The notes under the pieces were generated by a model. That model was not told the origin of the DNA. It worked only from the letters and a program-made list of their open reading frames with translations, and searched no databases. This document shows positions 9,128-19,915 of a stretch of DNA of 64,000 bases, piece after piece. Made by a program: the position numbers and the translations under genes. This DNA is from Kiritimatiellia bacterium (GTDB lineage: Bacteria; Verrucomicrobiota; Kiritimatiellia; RFP12; JBMNHG01), in assembly GCA_050950285.1 (NCBI GenBank), contig JBMNHG010000002.1, forward strand, positions 692,654 through 756,653, given 5' to 3'. Every line of letters starts with the position of its first letter. Position 1 is the first letter of the stretch.

Positions 9128-11755
9128 ATGAAGAAACAGAACTGGAGCCGAATCCTCGCCGCGTTGTCCCTCGCCTTCGCGGCCACCGCCTTCGCCGTCC
9201 CCATCGGGGTGACGGTGAACAGCGTCCATCTCAACGACGACGCCTCGATCGACGACCCGAACTGGACGTACAACTCGCTAACCGGCGTCCTCAGGTTTCA
9301 CGGGTCGGGCAGCTTCATGGTCTCCGGCACCAACACGGCGGGCAAGGCGCGCATCGTCATCCCGAACGGCGTCACGAACACGGTCAGGATCTGGAACCTG
9401 AACCTCCAGACGCCCGGCGACGGCCAGTGCATCTTCGCGCTGGAGGCGAACGCCTCCGTCTCGCTCATCCTCAAGGGCACGAACACGCTGGCCTCGGGGA
9501 AGGATCGCGCCGGCATCGAAGTCCCGGCGAGCGCGTCGCTCTCGATCGCCCGTTCATCGGCCGACCCGGTGGACAGGCTGATCGCCACGGGCGGCGACAA
9601 CGGCGCGGGCATCGGCGGCGGCAAGAACGGCGACGGCGGCACGGTGATCGTCAACAGCAGCATAGTCGAAGCCACCGGCGGCGGCAACGGCGCGGGCATC
9701 GGCGGCGGCGGCAACGGCAAAGGCGGCGCACTGACCATCAACGGCGGCACGGTCACGGCCACCGGCGGCAGCAACGGTGCGGGCGTCGGCGGCGGCAACG
9801 GAGGCAAAGGCGGCAACACGAGCCTCACCGGCGGCACGCTCTTCGCGCAAGGCAAAAGCGGCGGCGCCGATATCGGGAAGGGCTCCGGAGCCACAACCTC
9901 CGGCGCAAACACCTTCACCGGCGGCGCCATCCACCTGGCGAACAACAGCATCACCACCACCCCCACGGACGGCGCGAACCGCGTCTGGCGCATGACGGTG
10001 ACGAACCTCACGCCCTACGCCTCGATCGTCGTCACCGGCCTCGCCCCCTACGGCATGAACGACCTCGCGGCCGACAGCGCCGGCAAGCTCCACCTCTGGC
10101 TGCCCAATGGCGGCTACAGCTTCACGGCGGGCGGCGGAAGCTACGCCGCAACCATCGACGATGCGAACGCCACGGCGGCTTTGTCGGCGATGGCGCCGCC
10201 GTCCGCAGGCGCGTACCTCACCTTCTCCAGCGCAAACGCCTTCACGATCAATCCGCAGCAAAAGACGTGGAACGGGACGCTGTACTGGTCCACCGACACG
10301 ACGTTCTGGTCCGTCTTCACCGCCAGCGGCGCCACCGCCGCACCCGACAACGGCGCCGGGGAGTACAAGCTCCACCTCTGCGGATCAGGAAACACGTACA
10401 TCACCGGCAGTTCCACGTCATATCCCTGGCTCATCACCGCCGGCAACCCGGTCGCCTGCTCCGGCAACATCGAAACCCTGCTCGACCATGCGACGGTGGC
10501 GGCCGGCGAGCATCCGACAATGGCGTCCTGCTGCTTCGCGTACCTCTTCAGGGACTGCGCGGCGCTCGCCAGCACGCCGTCGCTCCCGGCCACGACCCTG
10601 GCCAACCACTGCTACTACAACCTGTTCAACGGCTGCACGAGCCTGACGAGCGCGCCGGAACTGCCGGCCACGATACTGCCCGAAAGGTGCTACAACGGCA
10701 TGTTCAACGGCTGCACGAGCCTGACGCAGGCACCGGTATTGCGCGCCACGAATCTGGCTGAATCCTGCTACGGCTACATGTTCCACAAATGCTCCGGCCT
10801 GACGAGCGCGCCGGCACTGCCCGCCACCACGCTGGCCGACTACTGCTACCACCGCATGTTCTACGGCTGCACGGGGCTGACGAGCGCGCCGGCACTGCCC
10901 GCCACCACGCTGGCACCCTACTGCTACAACCGCATGTTCTACGACTGCATCGGCCTGACGAGCGCGCCAACGCTGCCGGCCACCACGCTGGCCGAAAGGT
11001 GCTACGAGTACATGTTCCGCGGTTGCACGGGGCTGACGCAAGCCCCGGCGCTCCCGGCCACGAATCTGGCCGACTACTGCTACGCCAACATGTTCAACCG
11101 ATGCACGGGACTGACCCGCGCACCGGCGCTCCCGGCCGCCACGCTGGCCGAACGATGCTACAACGGCATGTTCACCTCCTGCACGGGGCTGACGAACACG
11201 CCAACGCTGCCCGCCACGACGCTGGCGCCCTACTGCTACTACTACATGTTCCAAAGCTGCACGGGACTGAAGCGCCTGCCGGAGCTGCCGGCCGTGAATC
11301 TGGCCGAATACTGCTACGGCAGCATGTTCTACAAATGCTCCGGCATCAAGCTGAACGCCGACGGCCCCGGCATGGCGTGGAAGATCCCGGGCGACGCCGT
11401 GGCGGCAACGAATTGGAGCCTCAACATGCTCGCCGACACGAGCGGCACCTTCACCGGCGACCCGGCGATCGGCACCACGTACCACCTCGCGTCCGGCCTT
11501 CCCGCCACGCCGGTCTTCGCCACGGACGGAACGGGATTCGCCATCGGCGACGGCACGGCCACCCTCGCGATCGTCAACGCCGAAAGCGGCCTCTGGTACA
11601 CGCTCTACTGGGCGGACTCGCTCGGCGCAATCGACTGGCATAAAGCCGGGAGCCTCCGCGCGACCGGCAGCGAACTCGCTTTCACGACACCCCTCGACAC
11701 GGCAACCGTCCCGCGCCGCTTCTACAGGATTGTGCCCAGCCTCATCCAGCCGTAG
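9128..11755 (+). CDS. Secreted surface protein with GAGIGGG repeats and BspA-like leucine-rich repeats
   Basis: Signal peptide MKKQNW..AFA; Gly-rich GAGIGGG repeats; ~11 repeats of 26 aa (APALPATTLAxxCYxxMFxxCTGL); ends RRFYRIVP. Confidence 0.85.
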   Translation: MKKQNWSRILAALSLAFAATAFAVPIGVTVNSVHLNDDASIDDPNWTYNSLTGVLRFHGSGSFMVSGTNTAGKARIVIPNGVTNTVRIWNLNLQTPGDGQCIFALEANASVSLILKGTNTLASGKDRAGIEVPASASLSIARSSADPVDRLIATGGDNGAGIGGGKNGDGGTVIVNSSIVEATGGGNGAGIGGGGNGKGGALTINGGTVTATGGSNGAGVGGGNGGKGGNTSLTGGTLFAQGKSGGADIGKGSGATTSGANTFTGGAIHLANNSITTTPTDGANRVWRMTVTNLTPYASIVVTGLAPYGMNDLAADSAGKLHLWLPNGGYSFTAGGGSYAATIDDANATAALSAMAPPSAGAYLTFSSANAFTINPQQKTWNGTLYWSTDTTFWSVFTASGATAAPDNGAGEYKLHLCGSGNTYITGSSTSYPWLITAGNPVACSGNIETLLDHATVAAGEHPTMASCCFAYLFRDCAALASTPSLPATTLANHCYYNLFNGCTSLTSAPELPATILPERCYNGMFNGCTSLTQAPVLRATNLAESCYGYMFHKCSGLTSAPALPATTLADYCYHRMFYGCTGLTSAPALPATTLAPYCYNRMFYDCIGLTSAPTLPATTLAERCYEYMFRGCTGLTQAPALPATNLADYCYANMFNRCTGLTRAPALPAATLAERCYNGMFTSCTGLTNTPTLPATTLAPYCYYYMFQSCTGLKRLPELPAVNLAEYCYGSMFYKCSGIKLNADGPGMAWKIPGDAVAATNWSLNMLADTSGTFTGDPAIGTTYHLASGLPATPVFATDGTGFAIGDGTATLAIVNAESGLWYTLYWADSLGAIDWHKAGSLRATGSELAFTTPLDTATVPRRFYRIVPSLIQP
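10520..11350 (+). repeat. Intragenic 78-nt tandem repeat (~11 units) encoding LRRs
   Basis: CTGAC(G/C)/CTGAAG anchors spaced 78 nt from 10643 to 11267. Confidence 0.9.
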
Positions 11756-11836
11756 AAGGGGAGGGCAAGAGACGTGAGACGCAAAAACCCCTTGCCTCTC
11801 GCCCTGCGAACGGCCATACTGGGACGCAAACAGGCA

Positions 11837-13081
11837 ATGGAAAAGACTCTGCATGAACCTGCGCGCAAGCTCCCGGTTTCGGGCGCGTTCGATGTCGTGA
11901 TCGCCGGCGGCGGCATCGCCGGGGTGGCGGCGGCCGTGGCGGCGGCGCGGACCGGCGCATCGGTCGGCCTGCTGGAAAAGGAACTGGGCCTGGGCGGCCT
12001 CGCCACGCTGGGCAATGTGACGGTCTGGCTGCCGCTCTGCGACGGGCGCGGCCGTCAGGTCATCGGCGGCATCGCCGAGGAGCTGCTGCGGCTCTCGGTG
12101 CGCGGCCTGAGCCAGCCCAATCCGGAGGCCGGGTTCGCCGGCGTCCCGCCCTGCTGGGAACCGGGCGGCGATCCCGCGGCACGCCGGACAACCCGTTTCA
12201 TCACAAAGTTCAATCCGGCCGCCTACCTGCTGGACCTGGAATCCTGGGTGCTGGAGGCCGGGGTTTCCCTCCTGTACGATACGCGGGTCTGCGCCGTCAA
12301 GCGGCGCGTGGACCGCATCACCCACCTGATCGTCGAGAACAAGAGCGGACGTTCGGCCATCGCCTGCCGCGCCGTGGTCGACGCCTCGGGCGACGCCGAT
12401 GTCTGCTTCCTGGCCGGCGAGACGACGGAATCGCTGGACAGCAATGTCGCCGCCGCCTGGTTCTACTATCTCAAGGATGGCGTGGCGCACCTGCGCCCGA
12501 GCACGAACCCGATGTCGTCGAAACTCATCACGGCGGAGCTGACTTGCCGGGGCTACCGCGGCGACGACGCGGCATCGGTCACCGCGCAGCTCCTGGAGAG
12601 CCGCGCCCTGATCCGCCGGGAGACGGCGCGGCTGGCGGAGGAGGCGCCCGGCTGCGACATCCAGCCCTTCGCCCTCCCTTCCATTCCCTGCTTCCGCGCG
12701 ACACGCCGCCTGGTGGGAGCCCGGTCGCTGAGCGAATCGCACATGCACACCTGGTTCGACGACGCGGTGTGCCTGACCGGCGACTGGCGCTACTGCGGCC
12801 CCGTCTTCGCCATCACGCCGGACATGCTGCGGGGTGTCGTCAACCGGAACCTGCTGGGCGTCGGACGGTGCATGTCGGCCGACACGACGATCTGGGACTG
12901 CACGCGCGTGATCCCGACCTGCGCCGTGACCGGCGAGGCGGCCGGCACCGCCGCCGCGATCGCCTGCCGGGATCACGCGGGCGATGTCCACCAGGTGCCG
13001 ACCGCGGCCTTGCAGACGCTGCTGCGCGAGCGCGGCAACCTGATCGCCCCGGAACTCGTCGCGCCCGCCGCCGACGGATGA
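11837..13081 (+). CDS. FAD-dependent oxidoreductase (PF12831-like)
   Basis: DVVIAGGGIAG, VDASGDAD, NLLGVGRCMS, GEAAG. Confidence 0.88.
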   Translation: MEKTLHEPARKLPVSGAFDVVIAGGGIAGVAAAVAAARTGASVGLLEKELGLGGLATLGNVTVWLPLCDGRGRQVIGGIAEELLRLSVRGLSQPNPEAGFAGVPPCWEPGGDPAARRTTRFITKFNPAAYLLDLESWVLEAGVSLLYDTRVCAVKRRVDRITHLIVENKSGRSAIACRAVVDASGDADVCFLAGETTESLDSNVAAAWFYYLKDGVAHLRPSTNPMSSKLITAELTCRGYRGDDAASVTAQLLESRALIRRETARLAEEAPGCDIQPFALPSIPCFRATRRLVGARSLSESHMHTWFDDAVCLTGDWRYCGPVFAITPDMLRGVVNRNLLGVGRCMSADTTIWDCTRVIPTCAVTGEAAGTAAAIACRDHAGDVHQVPTAALQTLLRERGNLIAPELVAPAADG

Positions 13082-13103
13082 GCCGCGCGCGGTTACGCGT
13101 TCG

Positions 13104-13132
13104 TTGACAATTCCACGCGGCATCCGTATACT
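13104..13132 (+). promoter_or_regulatory. Sigma70-type promoter of atp operon
   Basis: TTGACA-17 nt-TATACT. Confidence 0.75.
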
Positions 13133-13278
13133 TATCCGCCATTGCCATGAGGGGCGTCAGGTTTTGTGTGCGTCGCCTTGCCGTTGCCTGTAAAAGACAT
13201 GATCGCGACACGACGGAAGTGATTGCCGCCTTCCGGCATCCCTGCGGTCTCGTGCCGGCAGGCAGGTAGCGACTACAC

Positions 13279-14058
13279 ATGAGCATGGAAAGCCAAGAGG
13301 CTGTCGGCCGGTTCATCGATCACCACGTGATGCATCACGCGGGATCGCCCGACGCGTGGAATCTGCCGTTCTACCGCATCGATGCGCTGGAGTGGTTCCG
13401 CTACGACGCGGTGATGGTCTTCGTGGCGGGGGCGCTGCTCGTCGCCACCGCCTGGGCCGTCCGCCGTTCCCGCACGGTGGTCCCCAAGGGACTCGCGGCG
13501 GTGGCCGAAGCGTACGTGGTCTTTATCCGCGACCAGATCGTGCGCCCGAACTTCGGCGACCGCGCCAGCCACGGCACGCTCTCGTTTTTCTGCTCGCTGT
13601 TTGTCTTTATCCTGTTCGCGAACATCCTGGGGCTGATCCCGCTTTTCAGCACGGCGACCGGCAACATCAACGTGACCGCCGGCCTGGCGACGATCTTCAT
13701 GGCGGCCAGCCTGGCCACCATCGTCCACGAGAACGGCTGGCGCGGGCTCAGGGCGGCGTTTGTGCCGGGCGGCCTCCCGGTCTGGCTGAGGCCGGTCATG
13801 GGGTTCATGGAGGTCGTCAGTTTTGTTTCGCGCGCTTTCGCGCTGACCATGCGCCTGTTCTGCAACATGCTGGCGGGGCACATCGTGATCTACTCGTTGC
13901 TGGGGGTGATCGCGATGTTCGGCCTGATGGCGGCGCCGATGATGGTGGTGACGGTGGGGATGTACCTCTTCGAGCTGTTTGTGGCTTTCCTGCAGGCGTA
14001 TGTCTTTACCCTGCTGTCGTCGATTTTCATGGGCATGATGGTCCATCCTGAACACTGA
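13279..14058 (+). CDS. atpB: F0F1 ATP synthase subunit a
   Basis: TATGNINVT, ALTMRLFCNMLAGH, ELFVAFLQAYVF. Confidence 0.95.
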   Translation: MSMESQEAVGRFIDHHVMHHAGSPDAWNLPFYRIDALEWFRYDAVMVFVAGALLVATAWAVRRSRTVVPKGLAAVAEAYVVFIRDQIVRPNFGDRASHGTLSFFCSLFVFILFANILGLIPLFSTATGNINVTAGLATIFMAASLATIVHENGWRGLRAAFVPGGLPVWLRPVMGFMEVVSFVSRAFALTMRLFCNMLAGHIVIYSLLGVIAMFGLMAAPMMVVTVGMYLFELFVAFLQAYVFTLLSSIFMGMMVHPEH

Positions 14059-14074
14059 ACACACGAGGTACACA

Positions 14075-14293
14075 ATGATGATTCCCCTGGCTCAAGTCAA
14101 TGCGGTGCTCGGCGCCAGCATTATCATGATCGCCGCTGCGGCAGGCATCGGCGGGGTCTGCGCGGTAGGCCTGCGGTGCATGGCGCGCCAGCCTGAAATA
14201 CAGCCCAAACTGCAGACCGCGATGATCATCGGCGCGGCCTTCATCGAAGGCGCGACGCTGTTCGCGCTCGTGATCTGCCTGATGAAGGGCTGA
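14075..14293 (+). CDS. atpE: ATP synthase subunit c
   Basis: ARQPE loop, AAFIEG; no Na+-type ES/T signature. Confidence 0.95.
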   Translation: MMIPLAQVNAVLGASIIMIAAAAGIGGVCAVGLRCMARQPEIQPKLQTAMIIGAAFIEGATLFALVICLMKG

Positions 14294-14333
14294 CGCATCG
14301 CCGGGCCGGCGGTCCGGACAAGGACGTGCGAGC

Positions 14334-14894
14334 ATGAGCGATGTGGAACACACCGCGGCGACCACAACGGTACCCGGCGTGCCGGAGCCGTTGCAGCGGA
14401 TGCCGAGCGATGTCATGCAGTTCTCCGACAAGATGATCCTGCTGACGTGGCTGGCGTTCGGCATCACCGCCTTTCTGCTGCACAAGGTGCTCTGGAAGCC
14501 GATCCTGCGCGCGGTCGAGGGGCGCGAGCGCTCGATCCACGAGGCGCTGGACGGCGCGGAGCGCGCGCGGCGCGAGCTGGCCGAGGTCGAGACGCGAAGC
14601 CGGGAGTCGGTGGCGCGCGCCGCCGCCGAGGCGCAAGAGGTGGCCGAGCGCGCCGCGCGCGAGGCGGCCGATACGCTGGCACACGCCGAAGACGAAGCCA
14701 AGGCGATGGCGCAACGCCGGATCGAGGAGGCCCAGCGGGCGATCGACGCCGAACAGCGCCAGGCGATCGAGGCGGTCCGCAGCGCCGCGGCCGAGCAGCT
14801 CTGCGATTCGCTGGAGCAGTTCCTGCGGCAGGAGCTGACCGAAGAGCAGCGCCGCGCCTATCAGCAGACCATGGTGGGCGAGGTGACGACATGA
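14334..14894 (+). CDS. atpF: ATP synthase subunit b
   Basis: TM helix then LWKPILRAVEGRE and coiled coil. Confidence 0.9.
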   Translation: MSDVEHTAATTTVPGVPEPLQRMPSDVMQFSDKMILLTWLAFGITAFLLHKVLWKPILRAVEGRERSIHEALDGAERARRELAEVETRSRESVARAAAEAQEVAERAAREAADTLAHAEDEAKAMAQRRIEEAQRAIDAEQRQAIEAVRSAAAEQLCDSLEQFLRQELTEEQRRAYQQTMVGEVTT

Positions 14895-15482
14895 CCCGCG
14901 ACGAGCGTTACGCGCGGGCCTTCGCGCGCGCCCTGCAGGGTGCGGCCGCGGCCCGGCGCGAAGAGGCGCAGGCGACGGCGAACGTGGCCGCCCTGGAGCA
15001 GCTCTGGGAGATGTCGCCGGAGTGGCGCCGGTTCTGCCGCACCCGTCATGCCGGGCGGCGCCCGCGTGCGCGTCCGGCGCGTGCGGCAACTTCTTTGCGG
15101 ACGCGCTGCCGGAGATCGTCATGCGGTTTATCGAGGCCGTGGCGCAGCACGACCAGCTTGCGCTGCTGCCCGGCATCTGTGCGCAGTATCAGGAAGTTGG
15201 CGGCGCGGGCGCGGGGATGCACGCAGGTGCACATGCGCTTCGCGTGCGAACCGACCGAAGACCAGGTCGCGCGCGTCCGCGACTGGGTGGCGGCGACGCG
15301 CGGCCCGGAGATGGAGGTGACGGTGCTCGTCGATCCGGAGCTGATCGCCGGCATGCGCCTCTTCGTGGGCGACACGCGCGTCGATGCGTCGCTCGCCGGG
15401 CGCCTCGAGCGCCTGCGCGCGGGTCTGCGCAAATCCGCGCCGGTGGCGGCGGAAGAGAACGAGGGGTGGAAGCGAGGCATGA
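14891..15482 (+). CDS. atpH: ATP synthase subunit delta, frameshifted in this sequence
   Basis: RYARAF start; middle FFADALPEIVMRFI in another frame; VDPELIAGMRLFVGDTRVDAS; end inferred at TGA overlapping atpA ATG. Confidence 0.8.
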
Positions 15483-17003
15483 AGATCCAATTGAAACCCG
15501 ATGAAATCGCGGCCCTGCTGCGCCGCCAGATGCAGCAAGCTGGACCAGCCGGTGGATGTCGCCGAGGTGGGGACGGTGCTGAGCGTCGGCGACGGCATCG
15601 CGCGCGTGGACGGCCTCTCCAAGGTCATGTTCAACGAGCTGGTCGAAACCGAGAGCGGCGTGGCCGGACTGGCCTTGAACCTCGAGGAAGAGTCGGTCGG
15701 CGTGGCGATTCTCGACGACGCCACCCAGGTGCGCGAAGGCGATCTTTTCCGCAGGACCGGCCGCGTGGTCTCGGTGCCGGCCGGCCCGGCGCTGACCGGC
15801 CGCGTGGTGGATGCGCTGGGGCGGCCGTTGGACGGGCGCGGCGAGATCGTCGCCGACGAGCGGCTGCCGGTCGAGAACTTCGCGCCGTCGATCACCGAGC
15901 GCAAGAACGTGTGCGAGCCGATGCAGACCGGCATCCTGGCGATCGACGCGCTGACGCCGATCGGACGCGGCCAGCGCGAACTGATCATCGGCGACCGCAA
16001 GACCGGCAAGACCACGCTGGCGATCGACACGATCCTGAACCAGGCCGGCGCCGGCGTGCACTGCTTCTATGTGGCGATCGGCCAGAAGCTCTCGACCGTC
16101 GCCGCGCTGCACAATCTGCTGATCGAAAAGGGTGCGATGGCCTACACGACGATCGTCCTGGCCAACGCCTCGGAGCCTGCGCCGCTGCAGTATCTGGCGC
16201 CCTATGCCGGATGCGCGATGGCCGAGTACTGGCGCGACCGCGGCGAGCACGCGCTGGTGGTCTACGACGATCTCACCAAACACGCGCAGGCCTACCGGCA
16301 GATTTCGCTGCTGCTGCGGCGGCCGCCGGGACGCGAGGCCTTCCCCGGCGACGTCTTCTATTTGCACAGCCGGCTGCTGGAGCGTGCGGCCAAACTCTCG
16401 GACGCCAGGGGCGGCGGCAGCCTGACCGCGCTGCCGATCGTCGAGACGCAGGCCAACGATATTTCGGCCTACATCCCGACCAACGTGATTTCGATCACGG
16501 ACGGCCAGATCTTCCTGGAGTCCGGCCTGTTCAACGAGGGGCAGCGCCCGGCGATCAATCCGGGCATCTCGGTGTCGCGCGTCGGCGGCGACGCGCAGGT
16601 CAAGGCGATGAAGCAGACGGCCGGCCCGGTGCGCGTGTTGCTGGCGCAGTATCGCGAACTCGAGGCCTTCATGCGATTTTCGTCGGATCTCGACGCCAGC
16701 ACGGTCGATCAACTGGCGGTGGGGCGTTCGCTGATGCAGGTGCTCCGCCAGCCGCCCAACAAGCCGGTGCCGGTCGAGAAGCAGGTGGCCGCGCTGGCCG
16801 CCGGCGTGCGGAAGGCGTTTGTGGCGGTGCCGGCGAAACGGCTGCCGGATGCGATCCAGGCGCTGTACGAGGCTGTCGACAGGAGTGCGGCGGGCCGCGC
16901 CTATGCCAGGCGTTTCGCGACAAGCCCCGTGATGGACGAGGAGCTTTCCACGATGCTCGAGACGGTGATCGAAGAGGCGGTGCAGCCCTTCCGGAAAGGG
17001 TAG
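15479..17003 (+). CDS. atpA: ATP synthase subunit alpha, one +1 frameshift near 15538
   Basis: [10 protein letters not shown] then shift to [33 protein letters not shown]. Confidence 0.93.
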
Positions 17004-17033
17004 GTGCGGATCCGGCGGACGGATGGATGGACC

Positions 17034-17900
17034 ATGGCAACCTTTCGTGAATACAGCGCGCGGCTCGCCTCCATGAGCAGCATACGGCGCGTGACGGCGA
17101 CCATGAAGATGGTGGCCGCCTCGCACCTGCTTCGGGCGCAGACCGAGTTGCACCACCCCGAACCTTTTGCCGAAGTCTTGCGCGGCCTGCTGCCCGTGAT
17201 GCGCAACCTGCACGTTGCCCGCCACCGCGTGTGCGCCGCGCCGCCCGCGCAGGGAAGTCGAATCCTGCTGGTGGTGATCACGTCCCATCGCGGCTTCTGC
17301 GGCGCGTTCAACAGCTCGGTGATCCGGGAGGCACGACAGTGGGCGCACGAGCAGGCCGGAAAGCGCGGCGCGCAACTGGAGGCGCTCTACGCCGGGCAAA
17401 AGGGGCATGCCGCGCTCAAGGCGGAACTCGCCCCCTGCATGACGCCGCCCACGCTCTCCGCGCATCCGTCGTCCCAGGAAACCGTCGCGCTCACGAATTT
17501 CACGATGGATGCTTTCATGGCCGGCCGGTATGACGAGGTGTGGGTCGCGGGCAACCGGTTTGTGAGCACGCTGGTGCAGGAGACAACGATCAAACGGCTG
17601 CTGCCGCTTGAGAAAGACAGGGTGTTCCAAGCGGGCAAGCCGCAGAAGATGATCCTGGAGCCGGCCGACGGCCGCCTGATCACCGCGCTGGCGCGGCAGT
17701 GGCTGCATCTGGAATTGTACACCTGCCTGCTCCACGGCGCCGCCGGCGAACAGGCCGCGCGCGTCATGGCGATGGAGAACGCCACCATCAACCTGAGCCG
17801 GATGGAGAAGGAATTGACCCTGTTGCGCAACCGCGCCCGGCAGGCGGCGATCACCAATGAGTTGACCGAGATCGTCAGCGGCGCGGAGTCGCTGGGATAA
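17034..17900 (+). CDS. atpG: ATP synthase subunit gamma
   Basis: TMKMVAA, RGFCGAFN, NRARQAAITNELTEI. Confidence 0.95.
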   Translation: MATFREYSARLASMSSIRRVTATMKMVAASHLLRAQTELHHPEPFAEVLRGLLPVMRNLHVARHRVCAAPPAQGSRILLVVITSHRGFCGAFNSSVIREARQWAHEQAGKRGAQLEALYAGQKGHAALKAELAPCMTPPTLSAHPSSQETVALTNFTMDAFMAGRYDEVWVAGNRFVSTLVQETTIKRLLPLEKDRVFQAGKPQKMILEPADGRLITALARQWLHLELYTCLLHGAAGEQAARVMAMENATINLSRMEKELTLLRNRARQAAITNELTEIVSGAESLG

Positions 17901-17912
17901 GTGAGACGGAAT

Positions 17913-19610
<1,698 letters not shown>

Positions 19611-19619
19611 CGGCAACGG

Positions 19620-19655
19620 AAAAGGCCGTCCGGCTGAATCCCGAACGGCCTTTTT
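19620..19655. terminator. Bidirectional intrinsic terminator between atp operon and tRNA-Pro
   Basis: AAAAGGCCGT...ACGGCCTTTTT. Confidence 0.8.
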
Positions 19656-19662
19656 GGAAAGA

Positions 19663-19739
19663 TGGTCGGGGCGTCGGGATTTGAACCCGAGACCTTTTGC
19701 ACCCCAAGCAAACGCGCTACCAGGCTGCGCTACGCCCCG
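19663..19739 (-). tRNA. tRNA-Pro(GGG)
   Basis: CGGGGCGTAGCGCAGCCTGGTAGCGCG TTTGC TTGGGGT GCAAA AGGTCTCGGGTTCAAATCCCGACGCCCCGACCA; full cloverleaf with CCA. Confidence 0.97.
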
Positions 19740-19915
19740 ACAAGAAAAGGGGAGGCAAAACGAAACGGGATGGTAGCAATCCGGCGCAGGGGCGTCAAGG
19801 ACGCTTTCGCGGCCGTGCGGTCGGCGTCGGGGAAACGGACCGCCCGAAGTGCTTCCCGCTTGCGCAGGCGCGAGTGGATTGGGTATCCTTCGGCCATCAC
19901 ACGAGAGGATTGGGT

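Noticed and set aside
10520..11350. Regularly spaced repeats resembling a CRISPR array
   Set aside because: 78-nt in-frame coding repeats of an LRR protein; no unique spacers, no cas genes
14891..15540. Apparent delta-alpha fusion
   Set aside because: One further +1 error would give a standard ATGA stop/start overlap; region already has several +1 indels
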